Source: Mobula hypostoma
Lineage: Eukaryota
NCBI RefSeq assembly: GCF_963921235.1
Contig: NC_086097.1
Location: forward strand, 83,826,001-83,890,000
Direction: 5' to 3'
DNA length: 64,000 nt
A model generated the notes under the pieces. That model did no database searches. It had not been told where the DNA came from and worked only from the letters and a program-made list of their open reading frames with translations. Each line of letters begins with the position of its first letter. Position 1 is the first letter of the stretch. Shown here one piece after another: positions 41,650 to 54,624 of this stretch. Made by a program: the position numbers and the translations under genes.

Positions 41650-44541
41650 GATAGAAACATAGAAAAACATAGAAAATAGGTGCAGGAGTAGGCCATTCAG
41701 CCCTTCGAGCCTGCACCGCCATTTATTATGATCATGGCTGATCATCCAACTCAGAACCCCACCCCAGCCTTCCCTCCATACCCCCTGATCCCCGTAGCCA
41801 CAAGGGCCATATCTAACTCCCTCTTAAATATAGCCAATGAACTGGCCTCAACTGTTTCCTGTGGCAGAGAATTCCACAGATTCACCACTCTCTGTGTGAA
41901 GAAGTTTTTCCTAATCTCGGTCCTAAAAGGCTTCCCCTTTATCCTCAAACTGTGACCCCTCGTTCTGGACTTCCCCAACATCGGGAACAATCTTCCTGCA
42001 TCTAGCCTGTCCAATCCCTTTAGGATTTTATATGTTTCAATCAGATCCCCCCTCAATCTTCTAAATTCCAACGAGTACAAGCCCAGTTCATCCAGTCTTT
42101 CTTCATATGAAAGTCCTGCCATCCCAGGAATCAATCTGGTGAACCTTCTTTGTACTCCCTCTATGGCAAGAATGTCTTTCCTCAGATTAGGGGACCAAAA
42201 CTGCACACAATACTCCAGGTGCGGTCTCACCAAGGCCTTGTACAATTGCAGTAGTACCTCCCTGCTCCTGTACTCGAATCCTCTCGCTATAAATGCCAGC
42301 ATACCATTCGCCTTTTTCACCGCCTGCTGTACCTGCATGCCCACTTTCAATGACTGGTGTATAATGACACCCAGGTCTCGTTGCACCTCCCCTTTTCCTA
42401 ATCGGCCACCATTCAGATAATAATCTGTTTTCCTATTTTTGCCACCAAAGTGGATAACTTCACATTTATCCACATTAAATTGCATCTGCCATGAATTTGC
42501 CCACTCACCCAACCTATCCAAGTCACCCTGTATCCTCTTAGCATCCTCCTCACAGCTAACACTGCCACCCAGCTTCGTGTCATCCGCAAACTTGGAGATG
42601 CTGCATTTAATTCCCTCATCCAAGTCATTAATATATATTGTAAACAACTGGGGTCCCAGCACTGAGCCTTGCGGTACCCCACTAGTCACCACCTGCCATT
42701 CTGAAAAGGTCCCGTTTATTCCCACTCTTTGCTTCTTGTCTGCTAACCAATTCTCCATCCACATCAATACCTTACCCCCAATACCGTGTGCTTTAAGTTT
42801 GCACACTAATCTCCTGTGTGGGACCTTGTCAAAAGCCTTTTGAAAATCCAAATATACCACATCCACTGGTTCTCCCCTATCCACTCTACTAGTTACATCC
42901 TCAAAAAATTCTAAGAGATTCGTCAGACATGATTTTCCTTTCACAAATCCATGCTGACTTTGTCCGATGATTTCACCACTTTCCAAATGTGCTGTTATCA
43001 CATCTTTGATAACTGACTCCAGCAGTTTCCCCACCACCGACGTTAGGCTAACCGGTCTATAATTCCCCGGTTTCTCTCTCCCTCCTTTTTTAAAAAGTGG
43101 GGTTACATTAGCCACCCTCCAATCCTCAGGAACTAGTCCAGAATCTAACGAGTTTTGAAAAATTATCACTAATGCATCCACTATTTCTTAGGCTACTTCC
43201 TTAAGCACTCTAGGATGCAGACCATCTGGCCCTGGGGATTTATCTGCCTTCAATCCCTTCAATTTACCTAACACCACTTCCCTACTAACATGTATTTCGC
43301 TCAGTTCCTCCATCTCACTGGACCCTCTGTCCCCTACTATTTCTGGAAGATTATTTATGTCCTCCTTAGTGAAGACAGAACCAAAGTAATTATTCAATTG
43401 GTCTGCCATGTCCTTGCTCTCCATAATCAATTCACCTGTTTCTGTCTGTAGGGGACCTACATTTGTCTTTACCAGTCTTTTCCTTTTTACATATCTATAA
43501 AAGCTTTCACAGTCAGTTTTTATGTTCCCTGCCAGTTTTCTCTCATAATCTTTTTTCCCCTTCCTAATTAAGCCCTTTGTCCTCCTCTGCTGAACTCTGA
43601 ATTTCTCCCAGTCCTCAGGTGAGCCACTTTCTCTGGCTAATTTGTATGCTTCTTCTTTGGAATTGATACTATCCCTAATTTCTCTTGTCAGCCACGGGTG
43701 CACTACCTTCCTTGATTTATTCTTTTGCCAAACTGGGATGAACAATTGTTGTAGTTCATCCATGCAACCTTTAAATGCTTGCCATTGCATATCCACCGTC
43801 AATCCTTTAAGTGTCATTTGCCAGTCTATCTTAGCTAATTCACGTCTCATAACTTCAAAGTTACCCCTCTTTAAGTTCAGAACCTTTGTTTCTGAATTAA
43901 CTATGTCACTCTCCATCTTAATGAAGAATTCCACCATATTATGATCACTCTTACCCAAGGGGCCTCTCACGACAAGATTGCTAATTAACCCTTCCTCATT
44001 GCTCAAAACCCGGTCCAGAATAGCCTGCTCTCTAGTTGGTTCCTCGACATGTTGGTTCAAAAAACCATCCCGCATACATTCCAAGAAATCCTCTTCCTCA
44101 GCACCTTTACCAATTTGGTTCACCCAATCTACATGTAGATTGAAGTCACCCATTATAACTGCTGTTCCTTTATTGCACACATTTCTAATTTCCTGTTTAA
44201 TACCATCTCCGACCTCACTACTACTGTTAGGTGGCCTGTACACAACTCCCAACAGCGTCTTCTGCCCCTTAGTGTTACGCAGCTCTATCCATATCGATTC
44301 CACATCTTCCCGGCTTATGTCCTTCCTTTCTATTGCGTTAATCTCTTCTTTAACCAGCAACACCTCCCCACCTCCCCTTCCTTCATGTCTATCCCTCCTG
44401 AATATTGAATATCCCTGAACGTTGAACTCCCATCCTTGGTCACCCTGGAGCCATGTCTCTGTGATCCCAACTATATCATAATCATTAATAACAATCTGCA
44501 CTTTCAATTCATCCACCTTATTACAAATGCTCCTTGCATTA
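41650..44541 (-). mobile_element. Young CR1 LINE, nearly complete ORF2 (APE endonuclease + RT) with one in-frame stop
   Basis: ORFs 43188..44558 and 41751..43181 are in the same frame, joined by EVA*EIVDAL; SKFADD motif; (ATAGAAAC)n-like tail at 41650-41678. Confidence 0.96.
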
Positions 44542-45159
44542 ATAAGATGTATAAGCAAATGTCAGAATTAGGGCAGGATTATTGCATATCTACAGCTGTT
44601 CATACTGGCCACTAGGAAGTTGAAGGAGTGAGACTGGGGCCAATTTATGTTATTTCTTAGCATTTTTTAATCTATAACCTGAGAAGCTAACTAATTTGTA
44701 TAGATTTAGAGGTAAAAGTTTTGGAATCCATGTGTAGTGTCTTCTGGATTTCTTTAGCAACCATTCAACTTCCTAGTGATGAGAGTATATTGTTTCTGGA
44801 GGGTGATTTTTGTCCTCTCTCAGTCAATTCTTTATCAGCTGAATATTCGCCTGAACCCCTTTTTTAAGCAATTATCTGTTCTGTCCTGTCATCAGTGGAG
44901 GATTGATTTGGTTCTGGTCCTGATCCAAGGTCCACATGTTCTGTGACTTGAGTTACAAGACAGTATTCGGTGCAGGAATCCTGATTGGTTTTCCTGGCCT
45001 GAGACCGGTCTGTCTGGCTTCTCAATATTGTACTTGGCACCAATTTTCAAGTCAAGCATTCCTTGGATTACACAAGCCTCTGCTGCAATATGCACAGCAT
45101 CTGCATCTAGTTCACTGGCAAAGCTTCAACTAAGGAGGCAGCTTGCCCAGCGTTGAAGT

Positions 45160-45350
45160 AAGCCATTGACTCACCAGATAACACTCTCTCTGAACGAGAG
45201 AGCCATGGATTCAGGCCCTACTTAGAAGACTTGGTGTGATCTATACTACTATGTTAGTATGTCCAGAGGGAGCACTACACTGTCAGAAGCAGTAAAATGA
45301 GGCCCTGTCTTTCTTGGGAATGTTCGAAGACGATTAAGTTATTCTTTACA
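45160..45350 (+). mobile_element. Possible decayed Deu-domain SINE
   Basis: gagggagcactacactgtcagaag...tgaggccctgtct resembles the Deu core as I recall it. Confidence 0.35.
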
Positions 45351-45674
45351 TCTTAACCTTTGCTTATCTTTCAGCCATCAAATTTTATCCTGGATTTGAC
45401 TTGGTTTTTTTTTGGTGAGACACTGCTGGGTGGAAAGTGACTATTGCATTTGCCTGTTCTCAAACAATGATGAAGTTTCAAAAACAGCATCGTCCTTTGT
45501 GTTATTCTTTGGTTGTAAAAGGTACAATGTAAATAGGGTTCCTTCCCCTTTGCAACTTCAGGAAGAAACTCCACAACAAGAGCCATGTTGTGGTGTGTTC
45601 CTGATACAGTAGTCCTTCACATTCAGAGCTGGGGTGTAAGGAAAGTGAGGTGTGGATGGTTGCTAACAGTGAGA

Positions 45675-45830
45675 GAGACAAAAGACTGCAGATGCTGGAA
45701 TCTGGAGCAACAAACAATTTCCTGAAGGAACGCAGCAGGTTGAGCAGCCACAGTGGGGTGAGTGGGGGAGGAATTGAAAATGTTTCAGGTCAAAGCCCAG
45801 CGTTTCTCCAGCAGGTTGTTGAGAGCTTCT
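45675..45830 (-). mobile_element. Penelope-like terminal repeat fragment just upstream of exon 13
   Basis: ctgcagatgctggaatctggagcaacaaac...gcagcagg...tgtttcaggtcaaagccc, the reverse complement of the family seen at 39388. Confidence 0.6.
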
Positions 45831-45881
45831 GTTGACCATGCACATTTTATTGATAAGCCAGATTTTCTCTGACTTTTACAG

Positions 45882-45990
45882 TGAGCTGGATTACTGGGAT
45901 TCTCCAAGTGTGAATGAGCGGTGTCAGAAAATCTGTGATCAGTGGGACAATCTAGGAGCCCTGACCCAGAAGAGGAGAGACGCCTTGGAG
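45882..45990 (+). CDS. ACTN1: ACTN1 exon 13 (109 nt): (N)[36 protein letters not shown]
   Basis: Acceptor ttttacag|T, donor GAG|gtattt; ORF 45832..46053. Confidence 0.96.
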
Positions 45991-47811
45991 GTATTTCCAT
46001 CTTCAGTCAGCTCCTTTGGATGTGATTTTAGTTTGCTCAGAGAATATACATGAAACTGGTTTGTGACTGTAATACAGAGCATACCAAGAGGTACAGGCCA
46101 GACTTTATGTTGACAGTGAGTAGAAATGTAAGGATCTAACTGAGACCACATCGAAATTGCTTTATTCTGTTCGTGCCTCTCTACCTCAAAAGGGAGTAGA
46201 TGGATCAATGCAATAGCAGGACTTAGAAAACTAAAGTATGACAGCAATGCTTTTATTCCCTTAGATATAGAAGATCAAGCCATGATATCATTAAAGTGCT
46301 TAGGAAGATTCACAGGTTTGATAGGATTTGATTGACAAATTTGGTTGAGGAGTCTAAAATAAGAGAGTGTAAACTTAGAACCAGAGTGAAGTCACCCATG
46401 GATTGTGACAGGAGCAATATCTGAACACAAAGGTTGGCATAAATCTGTCAAGTCTCTTCAAGAAAATTCTGCTGATGATGCAAGTTGACTGAAAATGTCA
46501 AACCTGACATTTATAGATGGTTGTTAGGATGGGTTTTTATGGAAGATGCTACCAATATAGAATGGGGGATTTAAATAAAAGAATTAAATAAATCTATTGA
46601 AAAAGCCACTATCAATAATGGCGATGATGAATCTACTGGGTTGCTTAAAAATCCACAAGGGGTGCCTGTCATTTCTTGGGGAGGGATTCCTGAGTTCTGT
46701 CTGTGTATTCATCCCTCAGAGCAAGATCGCTACCTCTAAAATGCCCTGGAAAACACTCTTGGCTCAGTTGGGAAAACCTGTATTCTTATCAGCAACAGCC
46801 ATTAGCTATGATCCACTTGGAAAGTGGAATGAAGATGGAGTGTCAGGACCTACTTCTGCTTGTTAGTTTTATCAATTGTGTAACTTCAGGAAAGCTAAGA
46901 AAGCCTTGCCTGGGGCATTTGCTACCCAATGATTAAAATTAATTCAGTGATATTTTGTTCTCACATATCATTCAGTGCCATTTCGTTTTCCTCTGGAGGT
47001 TGCATAGAAGTGCAGTCATTTAAAAGGTGATGTGATGGTTTTGGGGGGCAGGTAGCAAAGTGCATTTGATTACGAGAGTTATTGGACATTTGTTGATATG
47101 ATTCTCTGGGACATTACTGGACAATTTTAAAAGCTGAATTCTAATTTTGTTCTTTGAAATGCTTAAATAGAGAGAAAATGAAGATAGAGCAATGGTGTTA
47201 CTGGTTAGAAGTGAGAAACCGACCTATATTATGAAGTGCGTGAGAAACTAGTCGGAGCTAAAAATAGAGACAGATTAAGAAATTGCTTTGAATCTCTGTT
47301 GTTCTGTCTACACTGACATGACTGGCTTTAGTCAATTACAGTTTCAGCTCAATTACATTATTTGCACTGCTAAGTGTAAAAAGGAACCTACTTAAAGTGT
47401 TTATGAATATTGTGTGAGGAGTCTTGAGGACTGGCTGGAGCATGGGGTTCCTGTGTACTGCCCTCCGTTGGTGAATCATGTGCATGGATAGTTAGAGTCA
47501 AAGATGAGCAGACTCGATGGGCCGAATGGCCTACTTCTGCTCCTTTGTCTTATGGTCTTATGATAGAGGATTTCACAGACTTCTTTGAATTGTTTGAACT
47601 TGTGTGTACAATAACCTACTGGATATAGTGTTTCCATTTCAAATTTTCCTGATATTCAAGTTAACTATGGGAAGAATATTTATGGGTACTCCTACATCAT
47701 AACGAGCTCCCATACTGCATTCAGAACATTCAGAAGTCTTATGAACAGCAGAACCATTATCTTCTCTCTCTCTCCGCTTTTAGTAATCGTTCTTTCTCCT
47801 GAGTCTACATT

Positions 47812-48068
47812 CTATTTGTTTGTTTGTTTGTTTATTGAGATACAGCATGCAATAGGCCCTTCCAGCCCTTTGAGCCATGTTGCTCAGCAACTCTAGCCTA
47901 ATCACAGGACAATTTACAATGACCAATTAACCTACCAACAGGTACGTCTTTGGACTGTGGGAGGAAACCAGAGCACCCGGAGGAAACCCACACGGTCAAG
48001 GGGAGAACAAACAAAGTATTTACATACAGTGGCAGGAATTGAACACAGGTCGCTGGTGTTGTAAAGCA
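47812..48068 (-). mobile_element. V-domain SINE (HE1-like)
   Basis: caatttacaatgaccaattaacctacc...gtctttggactgtgggaggaaaccagagcacccggaggaaacccac; (TTTG)n tail. Confidence 0.8.
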
Positions 48069-48819
48069 TTTGTGCTGTATGTTTATGGTACTCTATGTGC
48101 ATTTGATGCCTTTCATTACAGTGCAGCAAAGGTATAGAGTAATTTCAGTGCATCTTTTCACTTATAGTTATCTGTTAAAACAGAACCCATTAGTTACGTG
48201 GGGGTGACCTGTAATTACATTCATGAAGAACAAGAGCGTCTCATTTGTTTGCTTTCGTGAACAGCTGAGGGTTTGTTTAATGCTTGTGCCGGAGAGATAA
48301 GTGAGGCAATAGAGTTTCCTACTGCTAGTCATCATCTGTTGAACATTATTAGGTTTCTGTGGCTGCTCTCAACTTGTGTTTGCAGCTAAAACACAGAACT
48401 CAAGGGTAAGATCAGGCGAAGACCAACAGAATCTTGCAGATGAAAGGAGGGATTGCTCAGCTGATTACAAGAGAAACAGAGCCCTGCATCACTCCGTTCT
48501 GCAGCAACAGTACAAGTACACCCATCTAATTGCTGGATGTTTTTATTGAATTTTAAGTGAAGGGCTCTTTTCCTGACCTGGAACATTTCTATTGTTTTGG
48601 TAATGACTCAGATGAGGCTATTTTGAACTTGAAAAACTGAAGGAAATTCTAATGCCAACAATGCCCTTGAATAACACCTGCAAACTTCTGCCATCTAAGG
48701 AAGGTAGCCATAGATTTATGCTCTCAATAAGAATGCTCTGTGAGAAGATATATTTGTGATTTGAAGAAAAAAGATGAAGTCTAATCACAAACAAGAGAAA
48801 ATCTGCAGATGCTGGAAAT

Positions 48820-49400
48820 GTTGAGGCTCTATGAGGCACTCGTGAGACCACACTTGGAGTACTGTGTGCAGTTTTGGGCTCCTTATTTTAGAAAGGATAT
48901 ACTGACATTGGTGAGGGTTCAGGGAAGATTCCAGGAATGAAAGGGTTACCATATGAAAAATGTCTGGCAGCTCTTGGGTTGTATTCCCTGGAGTTCAAGA
49001 GAATGAGGGGGGATCTCATAGAAACATTCCAAATGTTAGAAGGCCTGAACAGATTAGATATGGCAAAGTTATTTCCCATGGTAGGGGAGTCTAGGACAAG
49101 AGGGCACAACTTCAGGATTGAAGGACGTCCATTTAGAAAAGAGATGCGGAGAAATTACTTTAGTCAGAGGGTGGTAAATATGTGGAATTCGTTGCCTTGA
49201 GCGGCTGTGGAGGCCAAGTCATTGGGTGTATTTAAGGCAGAAATAGAGAGGTTCTTGATTAGCCAGAGCATTAAAGGATATGGGGAGAAGGTAGGGGAGT
49301 GGGGATGACTGGAAGAATTGGATCAGCTCATGATTGAATGCCAGAGCAGACTTGATGGGCCAAATGGCCTACTTCTGCTCCTATATCTTAAGGTCTTATA
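48820..49400 (+). mobile_element. CR1 3' fragment, preceded by a 35-bp Penelope-like end (48786-48820)
   Basis: ORF 48937..49200 (MRGDLIETF, SRTRGHNF, FSQRVVNMWNSLP); CR1 tail gatgggccaaatggcctacttctgctcctat. Confidence 0.88.
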
Positions 49401-49718
49401 GACACTTTGGAAATCCATAGTGAATCGTAAATGAGACATTTTATATTAGTTGCAATAAAAGGGTAAGTTGTTTGAGAGCTCAAACACAGAACCTGTCAAA
49501 GGTATAGTATGTCTGAAATCAATTAACCACTGATGTCCATATATCAGAGATATGCATGTTTAATATTGGTGGTTTAAGGCTGTACAAAAAAACTTTACAG
49601 GAAATACATGTTTTAAGCCAGAACTTTGAGAGATGGATAACCTGAAAATTAACAAGTGCTGTGTATCGAAGCCAGAATAGCTATATAGATTCCTTAGTTT
49701 GCATTGCCATGGAGATAA

Positions 49719-50228
<510 letters not shown>

Positions 50229-50607
50229 TAAACTAAAACAAAAATTAAAACTGCTAAATATTTGTCCAAAGCGTCATCAGCTCGATATTCTTGTATTATT
50301 GGGCAAAAAGTAATTGTTTTCATGATAATATGCCGTCTTTGTGGTCACATCTGTACATTGAGATTGTCTCTTGTTAAAATGACCTATCAGGTGCAAGGTT
50401 ATCTTTGACTTCACTTTCCAATGATCTGTAATGTTTGTCAAACCTTTTCATTGCCCACTGAATGTTCTTATGTCTGCTTTCACTTTACCATCTCATCAGC
50501 CTTTGGATTTTCATAAATAATTTTGAAAGCTAAATATTTTTTTCAAGGTGAAGGGAGAACAATAAAACCACATTCTTTATTAATTGGAATGTAATTCTGT
50601 CAAATCA

Positions 50608-50746
50608 TTAACACAAGAAAGTCTGTAGATGCTGGAAATCCAAAGCAACACACACAAAATGCTGAAGGAACTCAGCAGATCAGACAGCATCTGTGGAAAT
50701 AAATAAACAGAAATACATTTTGGGCGAGAACCCTCTTTAGGACTCC
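50608..50746 (-). mobile_element. Penelope-like terminal repeat fragment
   Basis: acacaagaaagtctgtagatgctggaaatccaaagcaacacacacaaaatgctgaaggaactcagcag...gggcgagaaccctctttaggact. Confidence 0.7.
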
Positions 50747-51254
50747 AGATTCAGGAAATTATTCTCTCTCAAAGACAAAATTGTATAGTACATGACTCTG
50801 TGTTTGAATAAGTCAGAAGGTATATCTAATTTGTCTTTTAATTTGAATTTCACATTCCTGATCTGATTGAAATTTTAGGCTCAAGAACATGGTAGGTTTG
50901 AGGTTGCAGCACACGAGCCACCACAGACTCAGGAAAAGCAGATTAGAAATACAACACCTTGTATTTCCTTCCTCACAGGTATCCATATATTACAAGAAAG
51001 ACTAGGAAATTGGTCCCTTGCCATAGCCTTCCTCCTTTTAGTATTGAGGATTGAAATAATGCTGTCAGAAAGTGCTAAATCTCTGTGAGGTTGAGATGTT
51101 CCCCATGGTGTATTTTAATATCCCAGTTACAGAGCTTCTGCAAGACTGATCTTCAAAAGAAATCAACGTAATTTCTGGATTTTCTGACTCTCTTATTCCT
51201 ACAACATCTGCCACTTCACGTGGATTCTCCTTTAATCAAACTGTCATTAAAAAT

Positions 51255-51552
51255 GATTGCAGAAGGTAAAGCAGTGAATGTTGCCTACATGGATCTTAGT
51301 TAGGCATTTGAAGAGGTCCCCCAGGGTGCACTCATCCAGAATACTAAGATGCGTGGGAGCCACACTGACTTGGCCATTTGGATTCAGAATTGGCTTGCCT
51401 GTAGAAGACAGAGGATAGTGGTTGATGAGACTTTACTATGTCAGACTTTACTTTCTCCCTATCAAATTTCAAGTTGAACTCAATTATATTGTGATCACTG
51501 TCTCCTGGGGGTTCTTTTAACTTAAGCTCCCTAATTGCCTCTAGTTCATTAG
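51255..51552. mobile_element. Two adjoining CR1 fragments in opposite orientation (+ RT piece to about 51430, then - endonuclease piece)
   Basis: + strand gaaggtaaagcagtgaatgttgcctacatggat (EGKAV.VAYMD); - strand PPGDSDHNIIEFNLKFDREK in ORF 51344..51826. Confidence 0.7.
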
Positions 51553-51554
51553 AT

Positions 51555-52795
51555 AGCAGTTTGGCTGCACTCCTGCTACCTGCGAACAGACAGAGCCTAA
51601 AGAGCAAGGGTCCAGAAATCAAGACAACCAAGAGGTGGTAGCGGGAGGCTGAGGAACGGTGACAGGATTGCCTTGAGCCAGTGTATTGGGCCAAGTTCAA
51701 AAGCCAGTCTGAGGACTTGAATGACTGCTTCAGAGTTGTCACAAACTTTATTAAGACAGCTGTGGATGAGTGTGCTCCCATGAAACTGTTCAGGGTTTTC
51801 CCCAATCGGAAGCCCTGGATAAACAACGAAATTCAGAACCTGCTGACAACCACATCAGAGGCAATCAAGTCTGGAGATCAGGAATGCTACAAGAGGTGCA
51901 GGTATGATCTCTGGAAAGCCACCTATCGGATGAAGTGGAGATTCTGGACTAGACTGGAATCAATGAAGGATGCTCAACATAACCTCCTACGCTCACTTTA
52001 GCCACCAGAACAGGGAGGAACCATTGTGCACCTCCATGTCTCCCAGTGATCCTTTGGTCTCAGTATCTGAAGATGACATGTGGGCTGCCTTCAAGAGGGT
52101 GAGCAAGAGGGTGAGTCCAAGGAAAGCATTGGTCCGGACGGAGTACCTGGCAGAGTACTGAAGACCTGTGCAAACCTACTGGCTGGTGTATTGACAGATG
52201 TCTTCAGCCTCTCGCTCCAGCAGTGTGTGGCACCCATCTGCTTCAAGCAGGCTTCAATCGTACCGGTGCTGAAGAGAGCATGTAACCTGTCTCAATGGCT
52301 ATCGGCCAGTGGCACGTACATCCACAGTGATGAAGTGTTTTGAGAGGCTGGTATTGAAGCATATCGGCTCCTGTCTGAGTCGTGATTTAGATCCACTCCA
52401 ATTCATTACCGAAGCAGCAGGTCTACAGCAGATGCCTTCTCATTGGCTCTTCACACAACCCTGGAACATCTGGACAGCAAAGATGCATACATCAGGATGC
52501 TCTTTATTAGTTATTGCTTGGCATTTAATACCATCATCCCCTCAAAACTAATCAGTAAGCATCAAGACCTGGGCCTCAATACACCCTTGTGCAATTGGAT
52601 CCTGGATTTCCTCACTTGCAGAAGCCAGTCATTTCAGATTGGCAAAAACATCTCCTCCACAGTCTCCATCAGTAACCATTTAGTTATTATCTTTAGATTT
52701 CCTGAGTAAATCTATAAATTTGCCCGCAGGAAGAAGAATTTCAGTGCCATATGCAGGATCATGTGTACTCTGATAATAAATTGTACTTTGAACTA
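51555..52795 (+). mobile_element. Rex1/Babar-like LINE, fragmented RT with internal deletions
   Basis: ORFs with [80 protein letters not shown]; aataaa near 52775. Confidence 0.82.
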
Positions 52796-52849
52796 TTTAT
52801 GTAACTTGATTTTCTCTTTCTCTATCAGTTGTCCATCTATAATATTGCC

Positions 52850-53125
52850 TCTGCTTGTTTATCACCCACTTTTTTTTTCACTTTTTTACCTCTCTGAGTG
52901 GAGGAACTTGTCCTCAGGGTCACCCCGGTTTCCATATCAGAGAAGTCCCTCCTCCCCCATCCTCCCTGCGCCTTTACAGTCTTCTTGTATTCCCTCAGTT
53001 TTGAGAAAGGATCTCCAGTCCGTAACATTAACTCTGCTTCTCTTCCCTCAGATGCAGCCTGACCTGCTGGGTATTTCCAGCATTTACTATTTTTATTTCA
53101 GATTTCCATCATCTGAAGATTCTTT
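52850..53125 (+). mobile_element. Decayed Penelope-like terminal repeat
   Basis: Pyrimidine-rich stretch then cagatgcagcctgacctgctgggtatttccagcattt...cagatttccatcatctgaag. Confidence 0.5.
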
Positions 53126-54441
53126 TTAATTCCCAAACTCTCAAACCCTTCCTACCCATAGCAGCAAGAGAAGCAGACTACAGAAGCACCATTTCCTAGT
53201 CACAAACCGATTATCTTGGAAACATATAGCTGGAAATGCATTTTATCAGTGGATGAAAATCCTGGGCCACCCTCCCAAATGGAAGTGGGTGGGGGGCAGA
53301 CCATCACAACTACAACTGATCAAGTGGCTTGCTACCACTTTCTCCAAGGGCAACCAGGGATGGGTGTTGCCGATAATTATTATTTTTTAAGTCACACATA
53401 TTGCATTTCTACATAAAGATTGTTTGCAGAATGTGAGTGTTACTCCAGAACTCCGGGATTCTCTCTCCACCGCCCTTCCACTTACAGTACTCCTGCTTGC
53501 TTGGTATAATTGTCTAACATGCGAGGAAACTTCACTGGAGGGTTGAGAGTTGAGGTGGAACCTGTGTCACATGTAGGGGACACCAGGAATGGCAGCTTTT
53601 TATTTGCATTCCTTTTAAAACTGATTTCAAATTCCTAAACCGAAGGGTGTGACCTGAATTCCTCAGGATAGGCAGCCTGATCACAAATTGTTGCATACGC
53701 CACGATGTGTATGTTGCTTTCACTTTTTCCAAATAGTCTTTATTTTAAAAAGAAAGGAATGAGCATTATTTAAACTTGAAATGCTTCAACGATCTATTAA
53801 ATATTTCCTAAGGAATGCAGAATGAGCCATGCAGAGGTTAGTGGAATATATTACTATATTAGGAAAAGTCTTGTGAATTGTTTCCTACATTTAGTAGTTC
53901 CAGTGAATTTTTAGCATGCCATAGCTGAGAGAATGTGGCAGTCAGCTCGAAATTTATAATTACGTCACAGTGATACCTTACAGTGGCTAAATTTCTTATT
54001 AAGTGTAAAGTAGTTCCATTGTAAGCTGAGACTCAGACTTATAATTGGCGACTTTCATCAATCAGTTCAGAAGACGCCAGGTTCAGGTGTAGTCTGTGCT
54101 AATCTATCTGCCACACAGTCAATGGAAAAATGAAGGGAAGCATCAATCAGGAGCCTCACCAGAGATCCAGTGATGTGTGGTGGAAGTGTGCATGTCCAGA
54201 TCCTAAATAAGGCTTCCCCTTCCTCTTCCACTCAGGCGATGATGCTTGGCAGCCTCCAGTCTCCATGGTTCAGAGCAATCCACATAATTAGCAGGAAGAA
54301 ACCAGACTATTCCAAAAAAAAAATCCTCCTTAAAGTTCCAACATTCTGTTCATTCTTGTTCAGATTGGGTTTTAAGGAAAACAGATAATCTTGCCTGTGG
54401 TGTCCTAACCTTGCATCACACCCCTCTCTTCTGCACTGTAG

Positions 54442-54624
54442 GGATTGATCACAGCTCATGAACAGTTTAAAGCAACTCTCCCTGAGGCAGATCGTGAACG
54501 CCAAGCTATCCTAGGGATTCATAATGAGGTGTCAAAGATTGTCCAGACCTACCACGTCAACATGGCAGGTAGCAACCCTTACACAACCATCACTCCACAG
54601 GATATCAATGGCAAGTGGGAAAAG
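54442..54624 (+). CDS. ACTN1: ACTN1 exon 15 (183 nt): [20 protein letters not shown]...[13 protein letters not shown]
   Basis: Acceptor cactgtag|GGA, donor AAG|gtgagt; ORF 54445..54750. Confidence 0.96.
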
